DNA from: an uncultured Planctomycetota bacterium
GTDB lineage: Bacteria; Planctomycetota; Planctomycetia; Isosphaerales; Isosphaeraceae
Direction: 5' to 3'
Assembly (NCBI GenBank): GCA_963737655.1
Contig: CAVTTN010000002.1
Location: 5,664,001-5,728,000 of the forward strand
Length of the DNA stretch: 64,000 nt
Each line of letters begins with the position of its first letter. Position 1 is the first letter of the stretch. A program made the position numbers and the translations under genes. Positions 41,775 to 51,694 of this stretch are shown one piece after another. A model generated the notes under the pieces. That model did no database searches. It had not been told where the DNA came from and saw only the letters and a list, made by a program, of their open reading frames with translations.

Positions 41775-43235
41775 ATGAACGATCGGGCCGACGGGGCAAG
41801 CGAAGCAGTCTGGCAGGCCGTCGCCCGGGGGTTCCGGGGCGATCGGGGCCGAAGGGTCGTCGTCGCGGTCTCGGGCGGGTCGGATAGCGTCGGCCTGCTT
41901 CGTGCCCTTCAGGAGATCGCGGGCGAATTCGGCCTGATTTTGTCGGTCGCCCACCTCGATCATGGGGTTCGGGGCGAGTCGGCGAGGGCCGATTCGGCGT
42001 TCGTGGCCGAGCTGGCCGGCTCCCTCGGCCTGCCCTTCGACCTGGGCCATTGGTCCCCCTCGCGCCCCGGGCATTTCGAGGCCGACGCCCGCCGGGGCCG
42101 CTATGCCTGGCTCGCCGAGGTCGCGATCCGACGAGGGGCCGAGGTCGTGTCCGTGGGCCATACCCGCGACGACCAGGCCGAGACCGTCCTGCATCGCATC
42201 CTCCGAGGCACCGGGCCTCGCGGGATCGCCGGGATGGCCCCTCGTCGCCGTCTGGCCGACGGGATCGCGCTGGCCCGGCCGTTCTTGGGCGTCTCGCGGG
42301 CCGAAATCCGCGCCTTCCTCGCCGCGATCGGCCAGGGTTTCCGCGACGACCCGACGAATCAAGACCTTTCGAAGACCCGGGCCCGGATTCGCCATGATCT
42401 GCTGCCGAAGCTCGCCTCCGAGTACAACCCGAACGTGGTCGAGGCGCTGGCGAGGCTCGCCGGGCTGGCCTCGGACGCCGACCGGGCGGCGAATCGGCGG
42501 GTCGAGCGGCTCAGGAAACGGGCGGAGCTTGGCGAATCGGCCTCGGCGATCGGTTTTCGGAGAGGAATCCTCGCGAGGATCGCGGAGTTCGACCGCGCCG
42601 AGGTCGTCCGGGCGTCGTGGAGGCTCCGCGGCCTCCCCGAAGCGGCGATGGACGGGCGGAGGTGGCGAGACGTCGCGAGGCGAGTCGTCGAGATCGAAGG
42701 GACCGCGACCCTGGCGGCGGGCGTCCATCTCGTCGGCCGGGGGGACGAGGTCTGGATCTCGGCGACCCCGCCCGCCGATCCTCCGCCGATGCCGACCGTC
42801 GCGCTGCCCGTCCCCGGGTCGGCCACGTATGCCCAGCTCCGGATCGAGGCGATCGAGGGGCGCGATCCCGACTTCGACGAGTCTCTGGACCTCGATCGGC
42901 TGGCCCTGCCCCTGGAAGTCGGCCCTCCGCGACCGAACGAGCGGTTCGACCCCCTGGGCATGGGAGGCAAGACGCAATCGCTCGACGACTTCCTCCGCAA
43001 CCGCCGGATCAAGAGGCCCGATCGCCCGGCCGAGGCGATCGTCCGGGACCGCCAGGGGATCGTCTGGGTCGTCGGCCATCGGATCGGCGAACGGACCAAG
43101 CAAACCCCCAGAACCCGGCGAATCCTCTCCCTCCGCTCCACCCCCCTCAGCCCACCGCCCACGGCCCACGGCCCACTGCCCACGGCTTTCTGCCCACGGC
43201 TACTTGCGATTGACCCCCCGGGCGGCCCGTCGTAG
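41775..43235 (+). CDS. tilS: tRNA(Ile)-lysidine synthase
   Basis: AVSGGSDS, HLDHGVR, GHTRDDQAET, DPTN...R.RIRH, C-terminal IVWVVG. Confidence 0.95.
   Translation: MNDRADGASEAVWQAVARGFRGDRGRRVVVAVSGGSDSVGLLRALQEIAGEFGLILSVAHLDHGVRGESARADSAFVAELAGSLGLPFDLGHWSPSRPGHFEADARRGRYAWLAEVAIRRGAEVVSVGHTRDDQAETVLHRILRGTGPRGIAGMAPRRRLADGIALARPFLGVSRAEIRAFLAAIGQGFRDDPTNQDLSKTRARIRHDLLPKLASEYNPNVVEALARLAGLASDADRAANRRVERLRKRAELGESASAIGFRRGILARIAEFDRAEVVRASWRLRGLPEAAMDGRRWRDVARRVVEIEGTATLAAGVHLVGRGDEVWISATPPADPPPMPTVALPVPGSATYAQLRIEAIEGRDPDFDESLDLDRLALPLEVGPPRPNERFDPLGMGGKTQSLDDFLRNRRIKRPDRPAEAIVRDRQGIVWVVGHRIGERTKQTPRTRRILSLRSTPLSPPPTAHGPLPTAFCPRLLAIDPPGGPS
43151..43203 (+). repeat. heptanucleotide short tandem repeats (GCCCAC(G/T/C))
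   Basis: cccaccg cccacgg cccacgg cccactg cccacgg ... cccacgg at the tilS 3' end. Confidence 0.65.
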
Positions 43236-43303
43236 AGTGCCCGGCCCCTGGCCGACGCCCCCGGACGACCCGTCGTTTTCCCGTCCTCGCAGGCTCGTCG
43301 GGC

Positions 43304-44527
43304 ATGAACGAACCGTCTCCGCGATCGCGATTGGTGCTGCCGGCCCTGATGGTCGGCGGCCTGGTCGCGCGCCTGGCGGCGGCCGTGCTGGTGGAGGGGG
43401 CGGCGAGGCGGAGGGGCTCGCTCTGCCTGTTCGACGACACGGCGATTTACTGGGAGCTCGCCGGGGCGATCCGCGCGGGGCGGCCGTTCTCGGTCGATCA
43501 GTTCGGCGTCCCCCACCTGGCGCTGAGGACTCCCGGCTATCCGCTGTTCCTCGCCGGGTGCCAGGCCGTCTTCGGGCCGACCAACACGCTGGCCGTCCGC
43601 GTGGTCCAGGCGATTTTGGGGGCCGGGTGCGTCGGACTGGTGGATGGACTGACAAAACAGGTGCTCGGAAATCGATCGGCGGCGCGGGTCGCGGCGGGGA
43701 TCGCGGCGTTCGAGCCGTTCTGGGCCGGGACGTCGGCCCTGATCCTGTCCGAGGCGGTGTTCGTCCCCTTCCTGCTGCTGATGCTCTGGGGCCTGGCCGC
43801 GTTGTGGTCGCCGGGGCCGAGGCGGCCGGTCGTCGTCGCGATGTTCACGGGGGCGGCGGCCGGCGCGGCGGTCCTGGTGAAGCCGTCGTTTGCCCTGGCG
43901 GTCCCGATCCTGCCGATGGCGTGGCTGGCGACGGCCCGAGACGGCCGGTCGCTGCGGCTGACGCTGATCGTGGGCCTGGGCGCGGTTGTGGTGATGGCGC
44001 CGTGGTGGGCCCGCAACGCCCGGGTCCTGGGCCGGTTCGTGCCGACGGCCTCGTGGGGAGGCGCCAGCCTGTTCGACGGCCTGAACCCCTCGGCCGACGG
44101 GTCGAGCGACATGAGGTTCCTCGCCAGGCCCGAGGTCCGCGGCCTCCCGGAACTCGATCAGGACGCCTTCTTGACGAAGAATGCCCTGGAATTCGCCCGC
44201 GAGCATCCGTGGCGAGTGGCCCGGCTCGCCCTGATCAAGGCCGGGCGGTTCTGGAGCCCGTGGCCCAACGCCGAATCGTTCCGGTCCAGGACGATCGCGG
44301 CGGCCAGCGCCGCGGTGAGCTTGCCCCTGTTTTTCTGGCTGGCGCTGGGGGCCTGGAAGTGCCGAAACGATGTCCGGGCGCTGGTGCTCCTGGGCGGGCC
44401 CTTGCTGTATTTCTTCGCGCTTCACCTGGTTTTCGTGAGCTCGATCCGCTACCGGATCCCGGGGATGGTGCCGGCGTTCGGCTTGGTCGCGGCGGGGTTG
44501 GTCCGGGGCGGGCGCGATTCGGGGTGA
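43304..44527 (+). CDS. GT-C fold glycosyltransferase (ArnT/PMT_2-like)
   Basis: D...Y, RTPGYPLFLA, LSE, PWWARN, RYRIP; multiple TMs. Confidence 0.82.
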   Translation: MNEPSPRSRLVLPALMVGGLVARLAAAVLVEGAARRRGSLCLFDDTAIYWELAGAIRAGRPFSVDQFGVPHLALRTPGYPLFLAGCQAVFGPTNTLAVRVVQAILGAGCVGLVDGLTKQVLGNRSAARVAAGIAAFEPFWAGTSALILSEAVFVPFLLLMLWGLAALWSPGPRRPVVVAMFTGAAAGAAVLVKPSFALAVPILPMAWLATARDGRSLRLTLIVGLGAVVVMAPWWARNARVLGRFVPTASWGGASLFDGLNPSADGSSDMRFLARPEVRGLPELDQDAFLTKNALEFAREHPWRVARLALIKAGRFWSPWPNAESFRSRTIAAASAAVSLPLFFWLALGAWKCRNDVRALVLLGGPLLYFFALHLVFVSSIRYRIPGMVPAFGLVAAGLVRGGRDSG

Positions 44528-44577
44528 AGTGAGATCGAAGCCGGTGCATCCCATGCACCCGACGAGGAGCAGGCCCC

Positions 44578-47500
44578 ATGCGACGCAGGACGCTCGTTCG
44601 AATCCGCAAGATCCTGGGCTGGGGGTTCCTCGTCGTCGCGTCGATCCTGGGCGGCTCTCTGTGGTTCGCGTATGCGTATATCACCGACAGCGACACCCTC
44701 GCCGGGATGATCCGGGACGAGACGCCGAAGTATCTGCCGAAGGCGCGGGTGATCGTCGATCGCGTGCAGCTCCGGCCCCTGGTGGGGGACGTCGAGCTCA
44801 AGGGCACGACGGTCTGGCAGACGATCGACGGCGAGGATTTCCGGGCGGTGTCGATCCCGTGGCTCCAGGTCCGCTCGGACTTCCGGTCGCTGATCTGGGG
44901 GACGCTCTCGACCCGGGAAATCATCGTGGCGCAGCCCCGCCTGAGGCTTCGGAGGCGGGCCGACGGGACGTGGAACCTCCAGGGGCTGCTGGCCGACCCG
45001 TGGCCGGCGACGAAGTTCCCCCGGCCGGTCGTGACGATCAGCAAGGGCGTGGTCGAGCTGGCCGACGGCGCCAAGGTCGAGCCGATCCTGCGGGACGTGT
45101 CCATCCGGGTCGAGCCCCAGGTCGATGGCTCGTACAAGTTCGAGGGGGACGCCCGGGGCGACCTGTTCGAGAAGGTGGCGCTGGCCGGGACGTTCCACCC
45201 CCGGACCGGCCGGGTGGTCATGACCAGCGGGGACATCACGTCCCTGGCGATCAACGACGCGATGAGGGGGCGCCTGCCGCCGTCGTGGCGGTCGGCGCTG
45301 GATGCCGCCGGGGTCGAGCGAGGCGAGGTGGACCTCTCCATCGGCCGGATCGAGCGCGACCCGGCCCTGGGCCCGGGCGTCCGGTACGACGTGGGCGTGA
45401 CGCTTCGAGGGGGCGTCTGGAAGTGCGCGAAGCTGCCGTTCCCCCTGGCCGACGTCGGCGCCTCGGCCCGGATCACCAACGACCGGATCGCGATCGCCTC
45501 GGCCGAGGGGCACGACGGCAAGACCCTGGTGAGGCTCCGGCCGTCGTGGCTCTCGGGGTCCGACCCGGTCTCCGGGCCGATGGAGCTGAACCTCGACGCC
45601 CTCGGCCTGGAGCTGGACGAGAGGCTCCGCGGCAAGACGCCGGAGAAGCTCCTGGGCCTCTGGAACGACTTCTCCCCTCCGGGCCGAGCCAACCTCGGCC
45701 GGGTGGATGCCTCGGTCCGGATCGCCCGGCCGGCGACCGGGGCGCCCTGGTCTATGGCGCCTCGGTGACGGTCCAGGACGTGGCGATCCTCTACCGCCAC
45801 TTCCCCTATCCCCTGGAGCACATCCGGGGGACGCTCGCCTGGTCCGGGCCCAGGGTGACGGTGGACCTGGAGACGGTCGTCGGCGGCAAGCCCCTGACGG
45901 CCCGGGGCACGATCCGCAACCCGGGCCGCGAGGCCGTGGTCGACCTGACGTTCACCGCCGGGCTCATGCCGGTGGACGACGTCCTCTTCGGCGCGTTGAT
46001 GCCGGACGTGAGGAAGGTGGTCCAGGACTTCCGGCCCGAGGGGAGCGTCCACGGCACCGCGACCCTCCACCGCGACCCTCCGCCCCCCGGAGGGGACGCC
46101 AAGGGGATCGTCCAGGTCCACGCCGAGCTCGACCTGAACCCCGGATGCGCCCTGACCTGGGTCAGCCTGCCGTACCCCGTCCGCAACCTGACCGGGCACC
46201 TCAGCCTCCATCCCGAGAGCTGGGTCTTCACCGACATGAAGGGGGAGAACAACCGCGCGAGGATCTCCGCGAGCGGGCGGGTGGACCGCGCCCCGGGCGG
46301 CAAGCCGTCGGTGGACATCGCCCTGACCGCCGAGCACCTCCCGCTCGATCCCCAGCTCCGCGACGCCCTGCCCGGCGAATGGAAGCGGACCTGGGGCATC
46401 CTCCGGCCCACCGGCCAGGCCGCCGTGAACGCCCACATCGTCCTGAAGCCCGGCCAGAGAGACGACTACAAGTTCCAGATCCTGCCCGAGCCCGACACGA
46501 GGATCCACCTGCTGCTCACGCCCGCCCCCGGAACCGCCACCGCCGGCCGAGACGGCGTGATCGAACTGCCGCCGATGGAGGTCCAGGAAGGCGTGTTCTC
46601 GTTCGACAACGGCCTGGTGACGATGACCGACGTCGGCTTCACCTTCCACCAGGCCCCGGTCCGCTTCGGCTCGGGCTCGGTCCGCCTGGAAGACTCCGGC
46701 CGGTTCCGGCTCCACGCCGACGACCTGGAGGTCACCCGGCTGAGGCTGGATTCGGACTTGAGGAAGTCGATGCCGCCGGTCATGGCCGCCTTCGCCCGAC
46801 GGCTCGACGACGGCAAGACGTTCGACGCCCGGGGCGACCTGGACATCTCCTGGTCGGGCCAGCCCGGGGCGCCGGCCGTCTGCGCGTGGGACCGGGCCCG
46901 GGTCGTCTTCGTCGATAACACGGTCTCCGCCGGCCTGCCGTTGGAGCACATCCAGGGCGAGGTCCGCGACGTCTCGGGATGGTCCGACGGCCGATCCCTG
47001 GTCGTGAACAAGGGCATCCTGGACCTGGCCAGCGTGAACCTCCTGGGCCAGCAGGTCACCCGCGTGAGCTCGCCCCTGAGCGTCGGGGACGGCCGGGCCG
47101 AGCTCAAGGACATCAAGGCCAGCCTCCTGGGCGGGACGATCTTCGGCCACGTGGGCGTGACTTTGGACGCCACCCCTCGGTACGACGTGTATCTGAATGT
47201 CGTCGGCGCGAGGCTGGAGGAGTACGCCCGGACCGTCCCCGGCCACCAGGAATACCGAGGCGAGGTCTTCGGCGAGGTGGGGTTCACCGGGCTGGGCCAG
47301 GACCTCAAGACGCTCAAGGGCCGGGGCAAGGCGGAGGTCGTCCGGGGCGACCTCGGCAAGCTGCCGATCCTGTTCCAGCTCGCGCAGCTGCTGAAGCTCA
47401 ACGGCCGGGGGATGTTCGAGGGGGCGTCGGCGGCGTTCACGATCGAGAACGGCGAGGTGGACCTCGACCCGATCAAGATCAAGAGCAACGCCGTGAGCCT

Positions 47501-47754
47501 CCAGGGGCTCGGGCACGATCAGCCCTCTGGGGATGCTGGATATCCTGCTGGCCCCGGTCGTCGGCAAGGACGAGAAGTTCCACGTCCGGGGGATCTCGGA
47601 CCTGGCGAGGATCCTCGGAGGGGAGCTCGTGGCCATCCACGTGACGGGACCGGCCACGTCCCCCCGACCCAGGCTCCAGCCCCTGCCCAAGGTCGTCCGG
47701 GGCGCCGGGCAGGTCGCCAAGAAGATGGGCGACCGGGGCGGCGACCGGCGGTGA
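44578..47754 (+). CDS. AsmA-like lipid-transport-type protein; frameshifts near 45740 and 47520
   Basis: N-terminal TM, R.DGTWNL, repeated FPYPL/LPYPV beta units, AsmA-like C-terminus. Confidence 0.7.
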
Positions 47755-47789
47755 TCGCCGATTTCGGCCCCGGAAGAGGCCCAACTCGC

Positions 47790-47924
47790 GTGGCATGCCC
47801 ACGAAGACGTGGGCATGTCTTCGGCCCGGCGACAAGATCGCGCCGGGCCGTGTCTTGCTGATCGGCAAACATGGGTCTCAAGTCGGACCGAAGACATGCC
47901 CACGGCTTCGTGGGCATGCCACCC
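47790..47924. repeat. GTGGCATG-type REP doublet variant (CCCACG/CGTGGG stem)
   Basis: GTGGCATGCCCACGAAGACGTGGGCATGTCTTCGG...CCGAAGACATGCCCACGGCTTCGTGGGCATGCCACCC. Confidence 0.82.
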
Positions 47925-47967
47925 GGGGAAACGATCCTTCGACCTCGTCCCCGTCGCGCTTGATGGT

Positions 47968-48692
47968 TCAATCCGCCGCCATCGCCCGGCCGATGAAGGC
48001 GAAGAGGGCGGGGTCCAGGCCGTTCTTCGCGGCCATGCCGGGCTCGTCCTGATAGGCCGTCTTCGCCGAGCGCTCGATCCCCGGGTCTCCGCCGGTGAAC
48101 TCGGCCACCAGGCCCGACCATCGCCGGGCCAGCCCTCGGACCTTCTCGCTTCTCGGGTCGTCCCCGGCCTCCATCGCGGCGCGGACCTCCGCGATCAGGG
48201 CCGGCCATTCGGCCTCGACCTGCTTGATCCTCTCGGGGCCGATCGCCTCGGCCCGGGCCTTCAACTGGTCGAGTTGCTCGGCCGTGTAGGACTTCTCGAT
48301 CATGGCGCTCTCCTCGATCAGGGACAGGACCGCGTCGGCGGAGGCCCCCTCCGCCGAATCCAGGGCCCGGGCGACCCGTTCCAGGCGCCCCGGAGTTTCC
48401 TCCGCGACTCGATCTCCTCGTCCAGCCTCGCGATTCGCAGGGCGACGGCCCGGACGAGCGAGAATTCGGGGTCGCGGAGGCATTCGCCGATCTCTTCCAG
48501 GGACAGCCCGATCCCCCGGAGCGTGACGACCTGCCCCAGCCTTCGGACGTCGCCCTCGGTGTAGAGCCGATGGCCCGCCCCGGTGCGGAACGACGGCGAG
48601 AGCAGGCCCACGGCGTCGTAATGGTGGAGCGCCCGGACCGAGAGGCCGGTCCTCCGGGCCAGGTCGCCCACCTTCCACGGCGGAGGCTTCAT
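47968..48692 (-). CDS. MerR family regulator with TipAS-like C-terminus; frameshift near 48395
   Basis: WKVGDLARRTGLSVRALHHYD.GLL; C-terminal W..L...GDDP.S..V..LARRW...FTGGDPGI. Confidence 0.88.
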
Positions 48693-48752
48693 GAGGTCGT
48701 CTCCTCGCTCGGAGGGTCTCCGCTCCGGGAGAATCCCCCGGCCCTCGCCAGA

Positions 48753-48783
48753 AGGGTACGACCTGACGCCGCGTGAGGATCAA
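48753..48783 (-). promoter_or_regulatory. MerR/TipA-type promoter-operator: TTGATC-19 bp-TACCCT with CCTCACG-N3-CGTCAGG dyad
   Basis: Minus strand reads TTGATCctcacgcggcgtcaggtcgTACCCT, ~60 bp upstream of the MerR ATG. Confidence 0.8.
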
Positions 48784-48859
48784 GGGGGAAGCCGGCCGTT
48801 TCGGAGAAAATCCCGGATTTTGGCGACGATGGCGGAGAAACCCCCTTGGGTCCGACCCC

Positions 48860-48966
48860 AATTCACCACGAAGCCACGAAGGGCACGGAGGAAGACACGA
48901 AGACAGGCGGAATTCACCGACTTCTTCGTGTCTTCCTCCGTGCCCTTCGTGGCTTCGTGGTGAATT
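48860..48966. repeat. TTCACCAC/CACGAAG long-palindrome element, copy B
   Basis: AATTCACCACGAAGCCACGAAGGGCACGGAGGAAGACACGAAGA and its perfect inverse. Confidence 0.85.
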
Positions 48967-49017
48967 TCCCGGGGTTTTCGACAGGGCCCGGCCGCGGCCT
49001 CGTCCGTCCCAGATCGC

Positions 49018-49629
49018 TCAGAACAACAGGAGGAGATACGCCCCGCTGAGTGCTCCGATGACGACCCAGGCGGCCCCGGTCAGGCGCCCGAGCCGATCGG
49101 TCCAGGTCGGCCGGGCCCGACAGGCGCCGCAGACCATCATGGTCGTCCACGCCCACACGACGCCCGAACCGACGAGGAAGCCGACGACGACCTGGGCCAT
49201 CTCGTAATCCCCCTGGTTCGGATGCATGGGGTTCCAGCCCGTTTTTCCCATGCAGAGCCAGGTCGTCGCGATCGTCACGACGCAGCCCACGGTGGGCAGC
49301 AGGCACGCGAGGAAGCCGGGCGCCCGGCGGAGGCGCCGGGGCCGGGGCGGCTTGAGCTGGACCAGCAAGCACGCGGGCGTCCAGGCCGCGACGAACGGCG
49401 TCACGTAGAGCACGCACAATTCCGTGCTGATCTGGAGGGCCTCCCGGGGCGTCCATCCCCCCGGCGGATCGGATAACACGCCCCAGAGCCTCGCCGGGGT
49501 GACGCCCGGGTCGATGTACCGGACCAAACCCAACCCCGCGCCCACCCCCGCGATCAGGATCAGCCCGTCCGCGATGCCGAATCGGCGGCCGTCGCTCCTC
49601 ACGCCCTCCGAATGTCCCGGCTCACCCAT
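49018..49629 (-). CDS. hypothetical membrane protein
   Basis: RFGIADGLILIA, PRPR..RL..PGF, W.DRLGR..G. Confidence 0.7.
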   Translation of the reverse strand: MGEPGHSEGVRSDGRRFGIADGLILIAGVGAGLGLVRYIDPGVTPARLWGVLSDPPGGWTPREALQISTELCVLYVTPFVAAWTPACLLVQLKPPRPRRLRRAPGFLACLLPTVGCVVTIATTWLCMGKTGWNPMHPNQGDYEMAQVVVGFLVGSGVVWAWTTMMVCGACRARPTWTDRLGRLTGAAWVVIGALSGAYLLLLF

Positions 49630-49672
49630 CGTCAAGTCCTCGGGGTTCGGGGAATCTTCGTCGGGAAAGCGC

Positions 49673-50284
49673 TCAGGAGGGCGGGACCGGCGAGGGCGAG
49701 GGCGAGGGGGCCGCGACGGGTTCGCGATTCGTCGCGAAATAGCGGGCCGCCCAGCCGCCGAGGGTCGCCCAGAGGAGGATTTCCAGGCACTGGCCGATCC
49801 GGCGAAAGTCCTCGGGGTTCACGGCCCTCGGGGGCGGGGTGCCCATCCCGCCGCCGGGGACGGCCGCGAGTCCGCCGAGGGGCAGGTTCCGCATCCCGCC
49901 GCCCATGCCTCCCATTCCCCCCATCCCGCCCATGCCGCCCATCAACGGCTGCTCGGCTTCGTCCTCCGGGGCATGGAGCCCGCTATACAGGGTCGTGAAC
50001 AGATTCGGCGAGAGCATCGGCCCGTGACCGAACGGGTTGCTCAAGGGGCCATGAGTGCTCATCAGAACACATCCCCAGCCCAGCAGCGCGAACCCGACCC
50101 AGAAGACCCGCCGGCCCTTCCGGCCGAAGCCGATCCCCAAAAGCGACGCGATCAGGAGGAAGAAGGTGACCGAATAGACGGCCCCGGCCCAGCTCGGCGT
50201 CCCGTTGCGGATCGCCGCCAGGGCCAGGGCGACGACGAGCACGATCAGGATCGAGGACGCGATCGTCAGGCGAGGACGGGGCAT
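49673..50284 (-). CDS. hypothetical membrane protein with (MGG)n linker
   Basis: PRLTIA, FWVGFA..GW, IGQCL...LGG; MGGMGGMGGMGG. Confidence 0.7.
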   Translation of the reverse strand: MPRPRLTIASSILIVLVVALALAAIRNGTPSWAGAVYSVTFFLLIASLLGIGFGRKGRRVFWVGFALLGWGCVLMSTHGPLSNPFGHGPMLSPNLFTTLYSGLHAPEDEAEQPLMGGMGGMGGMGGMGGGMRNLPLGGLAAVPGGGMGTPPPRAVNPEDFRRIGQCLEILLWATLGGWAARYFATNREPVAAPSPSPSPVPPS

Positions 50285-50380
50285 GGCACGGCGTTCTCCA
50301 ATCGTTCGACCCTGGCGTTTCTGAAAGGACGATCCGCAGGGGGGAGATTCCTCATGTCATCCTCGGCCTGGAAATCTCGC

Positions 50381-50720
50381 TCAGGAAGCGAGGGCGAGGA
50401 CTTCCTCATTCTCGCGGATTTGGGCGTCGATCTCCCCGGGGTGCGACCGGGCGTAGGCCCATGCGTTGACGAGGTCCTCGGCCCGGAGGTCGGGATAGGC
50501 GCGGAGCAGCTCCGCCTCGGAGGTCCCGAGGCGGCGGCCCTGCTCCAGGACCCACACCGGCACCCGGGTCCCGGCGATCCGCGGCCCCTCCGCAGACGCC
50601 GGGCGTGGATTCGACGCCGGCCCCGTCGCCGACCTCCCGGGCGACTCGCCGGAGGAGCTGGGCCTTTTCCGCTCGGGACATCCGGCCGAGGAGCCGTTCG
50701 ACATCGTCCAGAAGGCTCAT
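50381..50720 (-). CDS. DUF433 domain protein; frameshift near 50585
   Basis: STPGVCGG joined to PRIAGTRVPVW.L...ELLRAYPDL..ED...AWAY. Confidence 0.82.
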
Positions 50721-50891
50721 CGCGCATCCTCCTCCCCGAAGATCGTACCGCCGGGCCGGGGTGCGGTCTATCGTTTCGTCCCGGGGCCGAGGATCGTCTC
50801 ATGCCTGCTTGCCCCGGCCCCTCGGATCGTCTACGATCGCGGGAGTCCGGGCGTGGAGCCTCGGACCGTGACGCCGGGGGAGGCTCCGAGC

Positions 50892-51106
50892 ATGGCCACC
50901 GTCGAGACCAGACCGGCCGGGGCCCGGCGCCGCTCGTCCCTCCGATCGATCCGGCGGAACTGGCCCGGCGCAACGCGGCCCTGATCGCGGCGCTCGACGC
51001 CTGGGAACTCCAGGGGGACGAGCGGGAGCAGAAGGAGACGATGGACGTCCTCCGACAGGCCCTCGGCCCCGGTCGGACACTCTCCAGCCGGAGCCAGTTC
51101 CCTTGA
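50892..51106 (+). CDS. putative antitoxin upstream of PIN toxin; frameshift near 50922
   Basis: RNAALIAALDAW...DEREQKET...L; TTGA overlap with the PIN gene. Confidence 0.6.
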
Positions 51107-51558
51107 TCGCCGACCTCTTCCTGCTCGACAGCGGCCCGGTCGGCCTGATCACCAATCCCAGGGAATCCCCCTTCGCAGCGGCGTGCAAGGGCTGGTTCCG
51201 TTCGGCGCTCGCCGCCGGCTCCCGGGTCATGGTCCCCGAAGTGGTGGATGACGAAGTGAGACGCGAGTTGATCCGGGCCGGCAAGACGAAGGGCATCGGC
51301 CGCCTCGATACCCTGGTGAAGGCCGCGGGGGCCCTGCCCGTCGATGCCCGCGTCTGGCGGAAGGCGGCGGAGCTCTGGGCCGAGGCCCGGAATTCCGGCC
51401 GACCGACCGCCACGGATGCGGCCCTGGACGGCGACGTGATCCTCGCGGCGACCGCCCTCATCGCGGCCGAGGGCGGGGCGAAAGTCGTCGTGGTCACCGG
51501 CAACGTCGGGCACCTCGACCGCTTCGTCGATGCCCGCGACTGGAGGACCCTGGGATAA
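51103..51558 (+). CDS. PIN domain toxin
   Basis: LLDSGP.G, PEV.D.EVRREL, AA.LWA.AR..G.PTA...LDGDVILAA, T.NV.HL. Confidence 0.85.
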   Translation: MIADLFLLDSGPVGLITNPRESPFAAACKGWFRSALAAGSRVMVPEVVDDEVRRELIRAGKTKGIGRLDTLVKAAGALPVDARVWRKAAELWAEARNSGRPTATDAALDGDVILAATALIAAEGGAKVVVVTGNVGHLDRFVDARDWRTLG

Positions 51559-51694
51559 GCCGATCGTCGCCGGTCCCGACAGGTGATCGGACCTTTCTCG
51601 CGTTTCGAACCCCAATCCCCCTCCCGGGACGCAATCCTCTCCTCCCAGCGCCCCTCCTCCGACCCCCTTCGCCTCGTCTCGGAGCGCCTCGACG

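Noticed and set aside
49895..49945. (GGM)n repeat as a GroEL-like tail
   Set aside because: It is an internal low-complexity linker in a membrane protein with no chaperonin similarity.
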